This document shows positions 50,252 through 60,188 of a stretch of 64,000 nt of DNA, in pieces. This DNA comes from Patescibacteria group bacterium (GTDB lineage: Bacteria > Patescibacteriota > Dojkabacteria > JAKAPS01): positions 2,005-66,004 of the forward strand of contig JANWIC010000016.1 in assembly GCA_025450075.1 (NCBI GenBank), in the 5' to 3' direction. The notes under the pieces are model-generated. The model did not search any database and was not told where the DNA came from. It saw only the letters and a program-made list of their open reading frames with translations. Position 1 is the stretch's first letter. Each line of letters starts with the position of its first letter. A program made the translations under genes and the position numbers.

Positions 50252-52978
50252 ATGATTGACACAATAAAAAAAAGAGATGGAAGAATAGTACGATTTGATA
50301 GAGAAAAAATCGAACGGGCAATTACGAAAGCATATATTGCAACCAGTACAGAGATAAATACGGATCTGATAACACATATCACGGATAGTGTCATCTCCGA
50401 CCTGTCAAAACATCAAGATAGAACTCCTGAAGTTGAAGAAATACAAGATTTAGTTGAGAGACAAATTGCTTCAAGTGGACTTTTTGAAGTTGCAAAAGCA
50501 TATATTTTGTATCGACATGAACATGAAAAAATACGTGTAGAAGAAAAACTTGAAAAAATAGAAACACGCCAACTGCAGGTTGTTTCACGGGATGGTTCCT
50601 CTTCTCCATTTTCACCATCAATCGTTCGAAACTTCCTAAAAAAAATTACGCATGAGAGGCTTTCGGCTACTGAAATATTAGAAATTATTCATGAAATAAC
50701 AAATGGTGTTTATGATGGTATTTCATCAAAAGAAATAACCAGAATTATCATTATGTCATTTATTGCAAGGGTGGAGCGAGACCCGATCTATTCTAAAATT
50801 GCAGCAGATATTCTTTTGAATGCAATGTATAAAGATGTCATTGGGGTTGATGAATTTGATAAAAACTTTGAAAAGAAATATCGTGAATCACTAGAGTCAC
50901 AAATGAAATTGGGGGTTTCAATCCAGCGCCTTGATCCAAGATTATTGGAATATGATTATGCAATGTTAAGTAAGGCGATGGTACTTAATCGAGATCATAT
51001 CTTCAATTATATGGGGATAGAAACCTTGTATGAGAGATATTTTACGCATGATTTTGAACAACATGTCATAGAACTTCCACAACATTACTATATGAGACTG
51101 GCTATGGGATTTGCTTTAAACGAAAAAGATAAGAACTCATGTTGCCTCGACTTCTATAACCTGCTTTCAACACTTCGATATGTTCCATCAACACCAACCC
51201 AGTTTCATGCAGGAACACTTCATCCACAGATGAGTTCATGCTATTTAACGACGGTAGAAGATGACCTTGCACATATTTTTAAATGTATTGGTGATAATGC
51301 CCAATTATCAAAATGGTCTGGAGGTCTAGGAAATGATTGGACAAATATTCGAGGAACCGGAGCTTTAATTAAAGGAACAAATGTCGGAAGCCAGGGAGTG
51401 ATCCCCTTCTTAAAGATTGATGATGCTACAACTGCCGCCATTAACAGAAGCGGAAAAAGACGAGGTGCTGCTTGTGTCTATCTTGAAACATGGCATTATG
51501 ATATTGAAGAATTTATTGAACTGCGAAAAAATACCGGAGATGAAAGAAGAAGAATCCATGATACTGATACAGCAAACTGGATTCCTGACCTATTCATGAA
51601 AAGAGTATTGGAGAATGGCGATTGGACATTATTTTCTCCTGATGAAACTCCTGAACTTCACCATGTATATGGTAAACAATTTGAAAAAATATATACCTCA
51701 TACGAGAAAAAAGCTGAAGAAGGAAAAATCCAACTTTATAAAAAAATTAGCGCACAATACCTTTGGCGGAAAATGATTAGTATGTTGTTTGAAACGGGTC
51801 ATCCATGGATAACTTTTAAAGACCCATGCAATCTTCGTTCTCCTCAAGATCACGTAGGAGTAGTTCATTCATCAAACTTATGTACTGAAATCACCCTTAA
51901 TACATCTGCAGATGAAACCGCTGTGTGTAATTTAGGCTCCATTAACCTTCCTGTCCATATGGGTAAAAACGGTAAAATTAATAAGAAAATGCTTAGCCAG
52001 ACAATTTCTTTTGCGATGCGGATGCTTGATAATATTATCGACTATAATTTTTATCCCACAATAGAAGCAGAACATGCAAACTATCGACATCGTCCTGTTG
52101 GACTTGGCATTATGGGGTTACAAGATATTTTCTTCGTGATGGGAATGCGTTTTGACAGTAACAAAGCTGTGGAATTTTCTGATGAACTGATGGAGTTTGT
52201 ATCTTATCATGCTATTCTTTCTTCTTCCCGCTTAGCAAAAGAAAAGGGACAATACCAAAGCTACCCTGGTTCAAAATGGGATAGAGGTATATTCCCCATT
52301 GATACGCTCGCCATTCTTGAAAAAGAACGAGGTATGAAAACAGGTATATCAAAAACTGGAAAGATGGATTGGACTCCTGTTCGGGAACATGTGAAAAAAT
52401 ATGGGATGAGAAATTCAAATTGTATGGCAATCGCTCCAACTGCAACTATATCAACAATTGCAGGAACATATCCATCAATTGAACCGATTTATGAGAACCT
52501 GTATGTAAAGTCAAATCAAACTGGGGAGTTTACAATTATGAATGAGTATCTGGTTAAAGATTTAAAGAAATTGCGTCTTTGGAATGAAGCAATCAGGACA
52601 AAATTAAAATATTTTGATGGATCTTTGCAAAAAATCCCTGAAATACCACAAAATTTAAAAGATATGTATAAAGAAGCTTTTGAGATTGATCCATTATGGG
52701 TTATTAAGCATGCGGCATATCGGGGGAAATGGATTGATCAGTCGCAATCTATCAATATATTTTCGTCAACTGTTTCTGGAAAAGAAATTTCTGATATCTA
52801 TATGGCAGCGTGGCAAATGGGATTAAAAACCACCTATTACCTGAGAAGTTTAGGAGCATCTAGAATTGAAAAAAGTACAATAGATATAAATAAGAAGTAT
52901 GAGAATGAAGAAGAAATAATTGTTGAAGAAATTAAAGCTTGCAGAATCGATGATCCTGAATGCGAAGCTTGCCAATGA
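50252..52978 (+). CDS. nrdA: Class I ribonucleoside-diphosphate reductase alpha subunit (with N-terminal ATP-cones)
   Basis: ATP-cone start MIDTIKKRDGRIVRFDREKIERAI, catalytic-core motifs (..SNLCTEI..; C-terminal CxxC ..CEAC), about 909 aa from the ATG at 50252. Confidence 0.9.
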   Translation: MIDTIKKRDGRIVRFDREKIERAITKAYIATSTEINTDLITHITDSVISDLSKHQDRTPEVEEIQDLVERQIASSGLFEVAKAYILYRHEHEKIRVEEKLEKIETRQLQVVSRDGSSSPFSPSIVRNFLKKITHERLSATEILEIIHEITNGVYDGISSKEITRIIIMSFIARVERDPIYSKIAADILLNAMYKDVIGVDEFDKNFEKKYRESLESQMKLGVSIQRLDPRLLEYDYAMLSKAMVLNRDHIFNYMGIETLYERYFTHDFEQHVIELPQHYYMRLAMGFALNEKDKNSCCLDFYNLLSTLRYVPSTPTQFHAGTLHPQMSSCYLTTVEDDLAHIFKCIGDNAQLSKWSGGLGNDWTNIRGTGALIKGTNVGSQGVIPFLKIDDATTAAINRSGKRRGAACVYLETWHYDIEEFIELRKNTGDERRRIHDTDTANWIPDLFMKRVLENGDWTLFSPDETPELHHVYGKQFEKIYTSYEKKAEEGKIQLYKKISAQYLWRKMISMLFETGHPWITFKDPCNLRSPQDHVGVVHSSNLCTEITLNTSADETAVCNLGSINLPVHMGKNGKINKKMLSQTISFAMRMLDNIIDYNFYPTIEAEHANYRHRPVGLGIMGLQDIFFVMGMRFDSNKAVEFSDELMEFVSYHAILSSSRLAKEKGQYQSYPGSKWDRGIFPIDTLAILEKERGMKTGISKTGKMDWTPVREHVKKYGMRNSNCMAIAPTATISTIAGTYPSIEPIYENLYVKSNQTGEFTIMNEYLVKDLKKLRLWNEAIRTKLKYFDGSLQKIPEIPQNLKDMYKEAFEIDPLWVIKHAAYRGKWIDQSQSINIFSSTVSGKEISDIYMAAWQMGLKTTYYLRSLGASRIEKSTIDINKKYENEEEIIVEEIKACRIDDPECEACQ

Positions 52979-52995
52979 TTTAATCAAATAACTTT

Positions 52996-54003
52996 ATGAA
53001 AACCATAAAAAAAACAATCCTTAATGCATCAGCAACAGATCCAAATAAAATATTGCCGATGAAGTATAAATGGGCGCGTGAATTCTATAAACAGGGAGTT
53101 GCAAATAACTGGGTTCCTGAAGAAGTCATTATGCAAAATGATGTGGAAACATGGAAATCTACCAAGGGATTAAGTGATGATGAGCGACGGCTCATCATGT
53201 GGAATATGGGATTTTTTTCAACTGCAGAAAGTCTTACCGCAAACAATATTGTCCTTTCAATGTATCGGCATATCACCAATCCTGAATGCAGGCAATATCT
53301 CCTTCGTCAAGCGTATGAAGAGGCTGTCCATACTGATACGTTTATCTATTGCTGTGATACATTGGGTCTGGACCCTGACAAGGTATATTCCATGTACAAT
53401 GAAATACCGAGCATTAAAGCAAAAGATGATTTTGTAGTAAATATGACTAAATCAATTCTTGACGAAAATTTCTCAACAAAAGGAGCAATAAATATACAGC
53501 GTTTTGTACATGATCTTGTCGGATTTTATATCATTATGGAAGGAATATTTTTTTATGCAGGATTTGTCATGATGCTTTCAATGCTCAGGCAAAGAAAAAT
53601 GGTTGGGGTTGGAGAACAGTTCCAGTTTATCCTTCGGGATGAATCTGTACACTTAGCCTTTGGCACAGAACTTATTAAAACTATATTTGCTGAAAATCCC
53701 GAAGTGTTAACAAAAGAATTTGCAGATACAATTCGAGTGGATATTCTTACAGGTGTTGAACTAGAATATGCATATGCTAAGGATTGTCTTCCTCACGGAA
53801 TTCTTGGATTGCAAGCAGATACTATTTTGCAATATTTACAATACATTGCTGACCGTAGACTGGAAAGGATAGGATTTAAAAAAGAATTTGGATCTAAAAA
53901 TCCATTTCCATGGATGAGCGAGATAATTGATCTTCGTAAAGAAAAGAATTTTTTTGAAACAAGAGTAACAGAATATCAAACAGGATCTCTAAGCTGGGAT
54001 TAA
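52996..54003 (+). CDS. nrdB: Class I ribonucleotide reductase beta (R2) subunit, di-metal/tyrosyl radical
   Basis: Ferritin-like di-iron ligands (..EEAVHTDTF.. and ..DESVHLAFG..); 335 aa; directly downstream of nrdA. Confidence 0.9.
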   Translation: MKTIKKTILNASATDPNKILPMKYKWAREFYKQGVANNWVPEEVIMQNDVETWKSTKGLSDDERRLIMWNMGFFSTAESLTANNIVLSMYRHITNPECRQYLLRQAYEEAVHTDTFIYCCDTLGLDPDKVYSMYNEIPSIKAKDDFVVNMTKSILDENFSTKGAINIQRFVHDLVGFYIIMEGIFFYAGFVMMLSMLRQRKMVGVGEQFQFILRDESVHLAFGTELIKTIFAENPEVLTKEFADTIRVDILTGVELEYAYAKDCLPHGILGLQADTILQYLQYIADRRLERIGFKKEFGSKNPFPWMSEIIDLRKEKNFFETRVTEYQTGSLSWD

Positions 54004-54045
54004 TTCAAATGATTTTTCCTTCAAAGAAAAGATAGTGTATACTGG

Positions 54046-55470
54046 TTGGTATCTGCTATGTCAAAGTTTTTACGTGAAAAAATTCAACTAATTCTTGCTC
54101 TGATGCTAATCTGCTCAGTAATTGGCTTTTCATTAGCAGGGACACCGCATGGTCATGTGAAAGGAGCAAGCGCACTTTCCATCCCATTTGTCGCATCTAT
54201 TGATACGATGAAAGAAAGTAGAGATACTGAAACGTTTCCACTTACATTTACACAGATTGCGGATGATGTGAATCTTTCATCTTCACTGTATGCCAACTAT
54301 ATCACAGTTGATACTCATTGGGATTATCCTAATTACGCACTTTCCTGGGTAAAAGCGATTCGCGCTGCAGGAAAACATGTTTGGTTTCGTATGGCTCCAA
54401 ACCAATGGGAGAATAATAATGGTGTAACAGGAATAATGACTCCAAGTGCATATGAGAGTGCCCTTCAAACCTTTATCACATCTAATCCAGGACTTTTCCA
54501 ATCAGGCGACATTTTCGATCCTTGTCCTGAACCGGAAAATGGGCATTATTGGGTAAGTACATATGGATCTCAATGGAGCTGGCATGCTCCAAATGCAGCT
54601 ACTGCAGATTTTAATCAATTTATCCGTACGACATCTGATGTTGCCGACAGTGCATTTAACCAAATCGGAGTACATGGAGTAATCACATCTATTCGATCTA
54701 CCAATTCATTTTTTGCAACGCATCCGGAAGATTTAGAGCAGGCAACAGTTGATAAGTTTGGTCTGATTACTTTTGATTCCTATCCGGAAAGTACCACAAC
54801 TGATCCTGCAACAGCAACGAATTTACGCATTTCGGAAATCCAGCAAGTAGAAAATACCTGGCATGTGCCAATTGTACTCGGAGAGGTCGGGTATAGCAAT
54901 GCAGTTGCAGTAGATGATGTAACACAAGAATCTGTTGTTAAAGCAGAACTACAAGGTATTGCGGCTCTCCCATATATTATTGGAATGAACTATTGGGTTG
55001 GGGCGGGAACAAACAATTCGGGAGGATATACCCATATCTTTGCCGGAAGTAATGGGAACTGGTCTCTTCGTCCAGCAGCAGCAGATGTCGCAAGTTTTTA
55101 CGCTTCACAACAGCCTGTTGTCACTTCTGCTACACCTCCAATTACTCAAACAATTCCCGACATTACTGCTCCTCAATCACAATTAACATTAAGCCCCCCT
55201 ATCACTCCAAGTATTAAGAATAAGGTTGAAACCTCAACAGCAATACCTCCTACAATTTCTCCCTCCATTGTTGCAACTATTCTTCCCTCTCCACAGATAA
55301 CGGAGAAACCGGTTCAAAAAGTGCAATTAACGGGAAAGAAAAAAGCTAAAATCATTACTAAACATAATCACAAATTTACCACAGTTCAGGATGTACAAAG
55401 TTTTGAAGAATCCTTTCTTGGAAATATCCTCCATATGATAGAATCAGTATTGACCAATGGAACGAAATGA
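54046..55470 (+). CDS. Secreted/anchored protein: N-terminal signal/TM, a TIM-barrel-like putative glycoside hydrolase domain (candidate nucleophile in PIVLGEVGYS), and a Pro/Thr/Ser-rich C-terminal region
   Basis: N-terminal hydrophobic segment; GEVG-type motif typical of clan GH-A nucleophiles; low-complexity P/T/S stretch (TPPITQTIPDITAPQSQLTLSPPITPSI..). Confidence 0.35.
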   Translation: MVSAMSKFLREKIQLILALMLICSVIGFSLAGTPHGHVKGASALSIPFVASIDTMKESRDTETFPLTFTQIADDVNLSSSLYANYITVDTHWDYPNYALSWVKAIRAAGKHVWFRMAPNQWENNNGVTGIMTPSAYESALQTFITSNPGLFQSGDIFDPCPEPENGHYWVSTYGSQWSWHAPNAATADFNQFIRTTSDVADSAFNQIGVHGVITSIRSTNSFFATHPEDLEQATVDKFGLITFDSYPESTTTDPATATNLRISEIQQVENTWHVPIVLGEVGYSNAVAVDDVTQESVVKAELQGIAALPYIIGMNYWVGAGTNNSGGYTHIFAGSNGNWSLRPAAADVASFYASQQPVVTSATPPITQTIPDITAPQSQLTLSPPITPSIKNKVETSTAIPPTISPSIVATILPSPQITEKPVQKVQLTGKKKAKIITKHNHKFTTVQDVQSFEESFLGNILHMIESVLTNGTK

Positions 55471-55705
55471 AGAAAAATTAATTCAAAATTTAATAAAGTC
55501 TCTGTATATGGTGTATGGGAGTAAAAGAAATTTCTTTTTGAGAAATTTTGTTGGCGGGATGATATATGGAATAGGTGCAACTGTAGGAGTCTCGCTTTTT
55601 TTGCTCTTTCTTGGCTTTATTGCGCATCTTCTCGGAGCATTACCATTTATCGGGCAATTTTTAGGGAGCTTTGTAAATGAAGTAACAAAAAATTCTCATC
55701 ATTAA
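55457..55705 (+). CDS. Small hypothetical membrane protein (82 aa, 2 TM segments)
   Basis: ORF track plus hydrophobic helices. Confidence 0.3.
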   Translation: MERNEEKLIQNLIKSLYMVYGSKRNFFLRNFVGGMIYGIGATVGVSLFLLFLGFIAHLLGALPFIGQFLGSFVNEVTKNSHH

Positions 55706-55953
55706 GAAACAGGATCATATCCACCTTTAGAAAATGGATTGCATCGAAGTATGCGATAAGTTCCCATTATCCCACCTTTCACCAGTCCATATTTTGTTAT
55801 TGCTTGATAAGTATATTCTGAACATGATGGATCATATTTACAATAACCTTGGGGAAATCGATGTTTGAATATGCCATGATCGGGTGAAAGTGTTTTTTGA
55901 TATCCCTTGATAATAACAAGAGCAATTTCTTTGGGAATATGGTAAATTTTCAT
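55702..55953 (-). CDS. yidD: Membrane protein insertion efficiency factor YidD
   Basis: ..[10 protein letters not shown]...[18 protein letters not shown]...G...[16 protein letters not shown] is the YidD family pattern; 83 aa. Confidence 0.75.
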   Translation of the reverse strand: MKIYHIPKEIALVIIKGYQKTLSPDHGIFKHRFPQGYCKYDPSCSEYTYQAITKYGLVKGGIMGTYRILRCNPFSKGGYDPVS

Positions 55954-56945
55954 TAATTTGTACCGATAAAATCCTGCACAAACATTTTACCATGAATCCC
56001 TCCATCGATTACACCAACACCTATCTGCGAATAATGAGAATCAAGGATATTTGCCTTATGCTCAGGGCTATTCATAAAACCGGTATCTGCAGCATCAACA
56101 TCAGGCGCTTTTGCAATATTCTCTCCCATATAGGTAAAAAAGATATTGGTCTGCTTTACTCTGTCAAAAGGTGATTGTCCAGAGGGAGTAATATGTGAAA
56201 AGAATCCGTTTGCAAACATGTATTTTCCATAATCTCGTGCTACTTGTTGTAAAGTTGAATTCATAGTAAGTTTTGGAAGATGATTTTGAACTCTTTGCAT
56301 GTTCACAAAATTAAACATAGTTATTTCATCCTGCTGATCAATTGTAGTAGTGGTAAGTGTATATCCAAGATACAATAGTTTTTCTGTTGGGTTCGAGTTG
56401 TTTTGCAGTGAATTCGGGATAAGGGAAATCTGCTGAAGAGTGGAAGTCAAGGAGGTAGATAGTTCTCCCCCGAATTTTTCTTCTAAGGTTTGTGTTGCAT
56501 TGATGATTTTTCCTCCAAGAAATGAATGGATCATATCTGCATGTAAATTTGCCGGTAATGGGAAAATATAGAGAACAAAAAGAACAATACTGACAAGAAC
56601 TATCCCTTTAATCGCAGAACCTGCTACTCCAATAATCTTATTTGGAAGAGAATGAGAAATAAAGGGGGGAATGAGACGGATAATGAAAGGTGCAATCAGG
56701 TAATACAAAAACATGGAGATGGTCCAAGTTAAAGCAATCCCGATAGTATCCTGATATGCTTTGGGAATTGAATTTTGCGCATAATGCGCAACAATACCCG
56801 CCCCAAGATATGAATATTTTAATGCTAATAAATAAGACACAACATATCCGGCAAGTTCTACAATAATGGAGATAATTCCTTGGGAATAGCCGCGCAATGC
56901 ATAAAATGCAATGATTATAAATATCACTAGATCAATCCAATTCAT
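55953..56945 (-). CDS. Fusion protein: N-terminal CvpA-family membrane domain (4 TM segments) plus C-terminal CAP (SCP/PR-1-like, YkwD-type) extracytoplasmic domain
   Basis: CvpA-like N-terminus ([25 protein letters not shown]...); the C-terminal CAP motifs [10 protein letters not shown]... and ...[21 protein letters not shown]. Confidence 0.55.
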   Translation of the reverse strand: MNWIDLVIFIIIAFYALRGYSQGIISIIVELAGYVVSYLLALKYSYLGAGIVAHYAQNSIPKAYQDTIGIALTWTISMFLYYLIAPFIIRLIPPFISHSLPNKIIGVAGSAIKGIVLVSIVLFVLYIFPLPANLHADMIHSFLGGKIINATQTLEEKFGGELSTSLTSTLQQISLIPNSLQNNSNPTEKLLYLGYTLTTTTIDQQDEITMFNFVNMQRVQNHLPKLTMNSTLQQVARDYGKYMFANGFFSHITPSGQSPFDRVKQTNIFFTYMGENIAKAPDVDAADTGFMNSPEHKANILDSHYSQIGVGVIDGGIHGKMFVQDFIGTN

Positions 56946-57071
56946 GCTGAAGAAGGTTAGCTCTTTCCTATCTTTTATACATCACTTTCATGTTTTACGC
57001 AACAAATCTGCATTTTGACAGATTAGATCTTTCCGATATATTATATGTCTAGAATACATTAGAAGAAGTAT

Positions 57072-58301
57072 ATGGAAGAAATTCAACAATCCCCAGTTGT
57101 GGAAGAACAACAAACTACCATGCATCGATCTACGCTTATCAAATATTTAGTACTTTTCTCAATTGCTTCAATTATACTATCTGCAATTATAGGAGGTATC
57201 ATAGGTGGAATAGCCGGGGGTGTTGTCGCAAAGTTCTTTCCGAATAACGGAACAGTACAAAACCAGCCGTTAAAAGTTGTAAATGAACAATCAGCTGTGA
57301 TTGATGCAGTGAAAAAAGCTAATCCTGCTGTTGTAAGTATTATCATTTCAAAAAACCTTCCAAGTACATATAACCCGCTTGACCCGTTCGGTTTTCTGAA
57401 TAATGGAGGAAGCGGTGGAACATCTCAACAAGAAGTTGGAGGAGGATCAGGATTTATCATCACTTCTGACGGTTTAATAGTGACGAATAAACATGTTGCA
57501 TCAGATACATCTAGCACATATACAGTTATTTTAACATCAGGAAAGCAATATAACGGGAAAATAGTTGCAACAGATCCTACTAATGATATTTCTATCATAA
57601 AAATAGAAGCTTCAAATCTTCCAACCGTAACACTTGCAAGTTCTACTTCTCTGCAATTGGGTGAAAGCGTCATTGCAATAGGTAATGCACTAGGACAATA
57701 TCAAAATACTGTTGATGTCGGGGTAGTATCTGGAATAAACAGAGTTGTAACTGCTTCTGACCCGACTGGAAATACAAATGAAACATTGCATAACGTCATC
57801 CAAACAGATGCACAGATAAATCCTGGCAATTCAGGTGGACCATTATTAAACCTTGAAGGACAAGTGATTGGCATAAATACTGCAGTTGCACAAAATGCCC
57901 AGGGAATTGGTTTTGCAATTCCAATAGATCAGGCAAAAGCTGATATTACGCAAGTGCAATCGACAGGAAAGATCATAAAGCCGGAATTAGGTGTCCGATA
58001 TATCCCAATAGATAATAACTATATCGCAGCACATCCGAATATACCATATACGTATGGAGCCATTGTTACAACCAATGATTCCTCTCCTGCAGTAGTATCC
58101 GGAAGTCCAGCTGATAAGGCAGGTATTGTATCAGGGGATATTATCCTTGAGGTAAACGGAGTAAAAATTGATGATACAAATTCACTTGCAAGTCTTATCC
58201 AAAGCCATAACGTTGGTGATACAATTACTCTAAAGATTTATCACAACAATGCTGAAAAAACAGTTAGTGTAAAACTGGACCAGGCATTTAGTAGCCAATA
58301 A
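57072..58301 (+). CDS. htrA: HtrA/DegP-family serine protease (trypsin-like domain plus one PDZ domain), N-terminally membrane anchored
   Basis: Catalytic His region GSGFIITSDGLIVTNKHV, Ser region GNSGGPLLN, a PDZ domain at the C-terminus; N-terminal TM. Confidence 0.85.
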   Translation: MEEIQQSPVVEEQQTTMHRSTLIKYLVLFSIASIILSAIIGGIIGGIAGGVVAKFFPNNGTVQNQPLKVVNEQSAVIDAVKKANPAVVSIIISKNLPSTYNPLDPFGFLNNGGSGGTSQQEVGGGSGFIITSDGLIVTNKHVASDTSSTYTVILTSGKQYNGKIVATDPTNDISIIKIEASNLPTVTLASSTSLQLGESVIAIGNALGQYQNTVDVGVVSGINRVVTASDPTGNTNETLHNVIQTDAQINPGNSGGPLLNLEGQVIGINTAVAQNAQGIGFAIPIDQAKADITQVQSTGKIIKPELGVRYIPIDNNYIAAHPNIPYTYGAIVTTNDSSPAVVSGSPADKAGIVSGDIILEVNGVKIDDTNSLASLIQSHNVGDTITLKIYHNNAEKTVSVKLDQAFSSQ

Positions 58302-59004
58302 ATATTTCAGTCTTGATTTGCGATTCAGGAATAGAAAGAGCAGTTACTTCTTCTCTCATTCCCTGCACCATAGACATTGACCCTGAAATATAAAATAAAC
58401 TTGAGGAATAATCTGGTATGATTCTCTTCAAATCTTCTTTACCTACCCGTCCGGTTTTTCCTTTCCAGGTTGAATGGATACCGGTAATTGTTGGAATATA
58501 TTGAAAATTCGGGTTTTCTTTTTCCATATGAAGAAATTCTTCATGGAAAAGCATTTCTTCTTCATGAGAATATGATGCAATGAGAGTTATGGGAGTTTGT
58601 TTCTTTGCAAATGTTGCATCAAGAACCATACTTCGAAATGGTGTAATGCCTATTCCTCCGGAAAGAAACACATGATGTCCTTCATTTACCATTACAAATT
58701 TTCCTAACGGTCCGAATGCATTCAAAATGCTTCCCTCCTTTAACGTTGCTAATGCAAACTTATAACTGCTTTGCAAAATACGAGTTGTTATCATATAGGT
58801 ATCTTCCTGTGGTGCAGAACAAAGAGAGAAAAAACGATTTATCCCTCTTTCATCTACTCCTTCATGAGGATAAGTAATCCGGATAAATTGTCCTGCAGTA
58901 TATTCCATTTCTGTTTTTTGAAAGAAAAATGAATATGTAGTTGGATTACGGATAAGTCTTTTTATAAGTGTTAAAGTATGTTGCTGGGGAGGATTCATTG
59001 ACAC
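58288..59004 (-). CDS. FAD/NAD(P)-binding oxidoreductase of the ferredoxin-NADP+ reductase (FNR-like) family
   Basis: FAD-binding R-x-F-S motif (RFFSLCSAP), the GG-x-G-x-TP NAD(P) motif (SGGIGITPFRSM), and ..YISGSMSM..; 238 aa. Confidence 0.65.
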   Translation of the reverse strand: MSMNPPQQHTLTLIKRLIRNPTTYSFFFQKTEMEYTAGQFIRITYPHEGVDERGINRFFSLCSAPQEDTYMITTRILQSSYKFALATLKEGSILNAFGPLGKFVMVNEGHHVFLSGGIGITPFRSMVLDATFAKKQTPITLIASYSHEEEMLFHEEFLHMEKENPNFQYIPTITGIHSTWKGKTGRVGKEDLKRIIPDYSSSLFYISGSMSMVQGMREEVTALSIPESQIKTEIFIGY

Positions 59005-59065
59005 GTGTAAATAATGTGCAATTATGATACCATACTTATATGCATGAAAAAAGGAGGTGAATGTT

Positions 59066-59257
59066 ATGTGTTATAACTGTGGATGCGGACTTCCTGATGA
59101 TCCAATGGGACAAGGAAGTGCAGGAAAAGATCCTGATGGAAAATCTATCACAACAGCAACTTTTGAAGCAGCAGCAGCATCACAAGGAATGAGTGTTGAA
59201 GAATCAATGCAAAATACTCTCAATTTGCTGCAAGCTGAACTTGCTAAAAAAGCATAA
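59066..59257 (+). CDS. Small Cys-rich protein (MCYNCGCGLPDD...; about 63 aa) with a strong Shine-Dalgarno sequence. The ORF-track GTG start at 59057 lies inside the SD and is unlikely.
   Basis: AAGGAGGTG (59051-59059) sits 6 nt upstream of the ATG at 59066; N-terminal C-x2-C-x-C cluster. Confidence 0.45.
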   Translation: MCYNCGCGLPDDPMGQGSAGKDPDGKSITTATFEAAAASQGMSVEESMQNTLNLLQAELAKKA

Positions 59258-59262
59258 AATAT

Positions 59263-59288
59263 CAAGAAAGTTATATTTTTCTTTCTTG
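59263..59288. terminator. Inverted repeat CAAGAAAG-(10 nt)-CTTTCTTG between convergent genes; a possible bidirectional terminator that overlaps the last codons of the minus-strand gene
   Basis: 8-bp perfect stem read directly; there is a T-run in the loop region. Confidence 0.3.
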
Positions 59289-60158
59289 TTTCCTATCTAA
59301 ATGAATAGGTCTACTTTTTGGGCCTCGATAAATAAGGTATCGTGAAGTTTTGCCTTGTAATTCACCTGATTCAATTACATCTACCTTTTGAAATTTTAAT
59401 CTTCTTTCAATCTCATCAAGAATTTCATGCGGGTTTGGATATCTACTCATAAGTTCTTCTCTAAATCGAAGATAATCAGCAAAATATATACCATCATTCG
59501 TCAGCATTAATGCAATTTTAAAAATATCATGTTCCGGTATATTTGACCAAAAAATTGCTGCAAAATGTTCATGAATTATCGTCACATGTTGATAGGGATC
59601 AATATATGAACCGTTTGGAAGTTTTATTTTACCTCCTCTAAAATGAATATATTGAACCAGTTGTTGATATTTATTTAGAAAATCTTTTACTTCATCAGCA
59701 AGTTTTGAAAAAAATAATGAATCATGTATGTTTGGAATATATTCTAAATTAGCTACCACAAAAATTATTTTTCCTGCACGTATCTTCTGTTCATAATATG
59801 CTGCAAGTTTAACCCAACTTAAACCAATTAATCCACCAATGTCCATAATGATAAGAGGTTGATCACTATTTGTTCTACTTTCATCTTCTAAATACATATC
59901 TATTTGTGAAGCAAGGTCGCTTTCGAATCCATGGAGATAGTGTAAACTTTCTGTTCCCATATTTTGGAAATCTCCTTCTGCTGGACGATTCATGCTGAAA
60001 TATGAATAATCACCTTCGATAACCTTAAATCCTGGTCTATTATCTCCCAATGTCTTTTCGGCTATTTGTTGAACCCTGAGACGAATTGAAAAAGTAGATT
60101 GAGCCCTAGTTATTTGTTCTACAGGAATAAATTGCTCCATAGCAGCATTTAATGGCAA
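59271..60158 (-). CDS. Hypothetical protein (295 aa)
   Basis: ORF track; the segment IIMDIGGLIGLSW weakly resembles a SAM-methyltransferase motif I, but this is not convincing. Confidence 0.35.
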   Translation of the reverse strand: MPLNAAMEQFIPVEQITRAQSTFSIRLRVQQIAEKTLGDNRPGFKVIEGDYSYFSMNRPAEGDFQNMGTESLHYLHGFESDLASQIDMYLEDESRTNSDQPLIIMDIGGLIGLSWVKLAAYYEQKIRAGKIIFVVANLEYIPNIHDSLFFSKLADEVKDFLNKYQQLVQYIHFRGGKIKLPNGSYIDPYQHVTIIHEHFAAIFWSNIPEHDIFKIALMLTNDGIYFADYLRFREELMSRYPNPHEILDEIERRLKFQKVDVIESGELQGKTSRYLIYRGPKSRPIHLDRKQERKI

Positions 60159-60188
60159 TCATTATACCAAATATTGAGGAGGTTGTCT

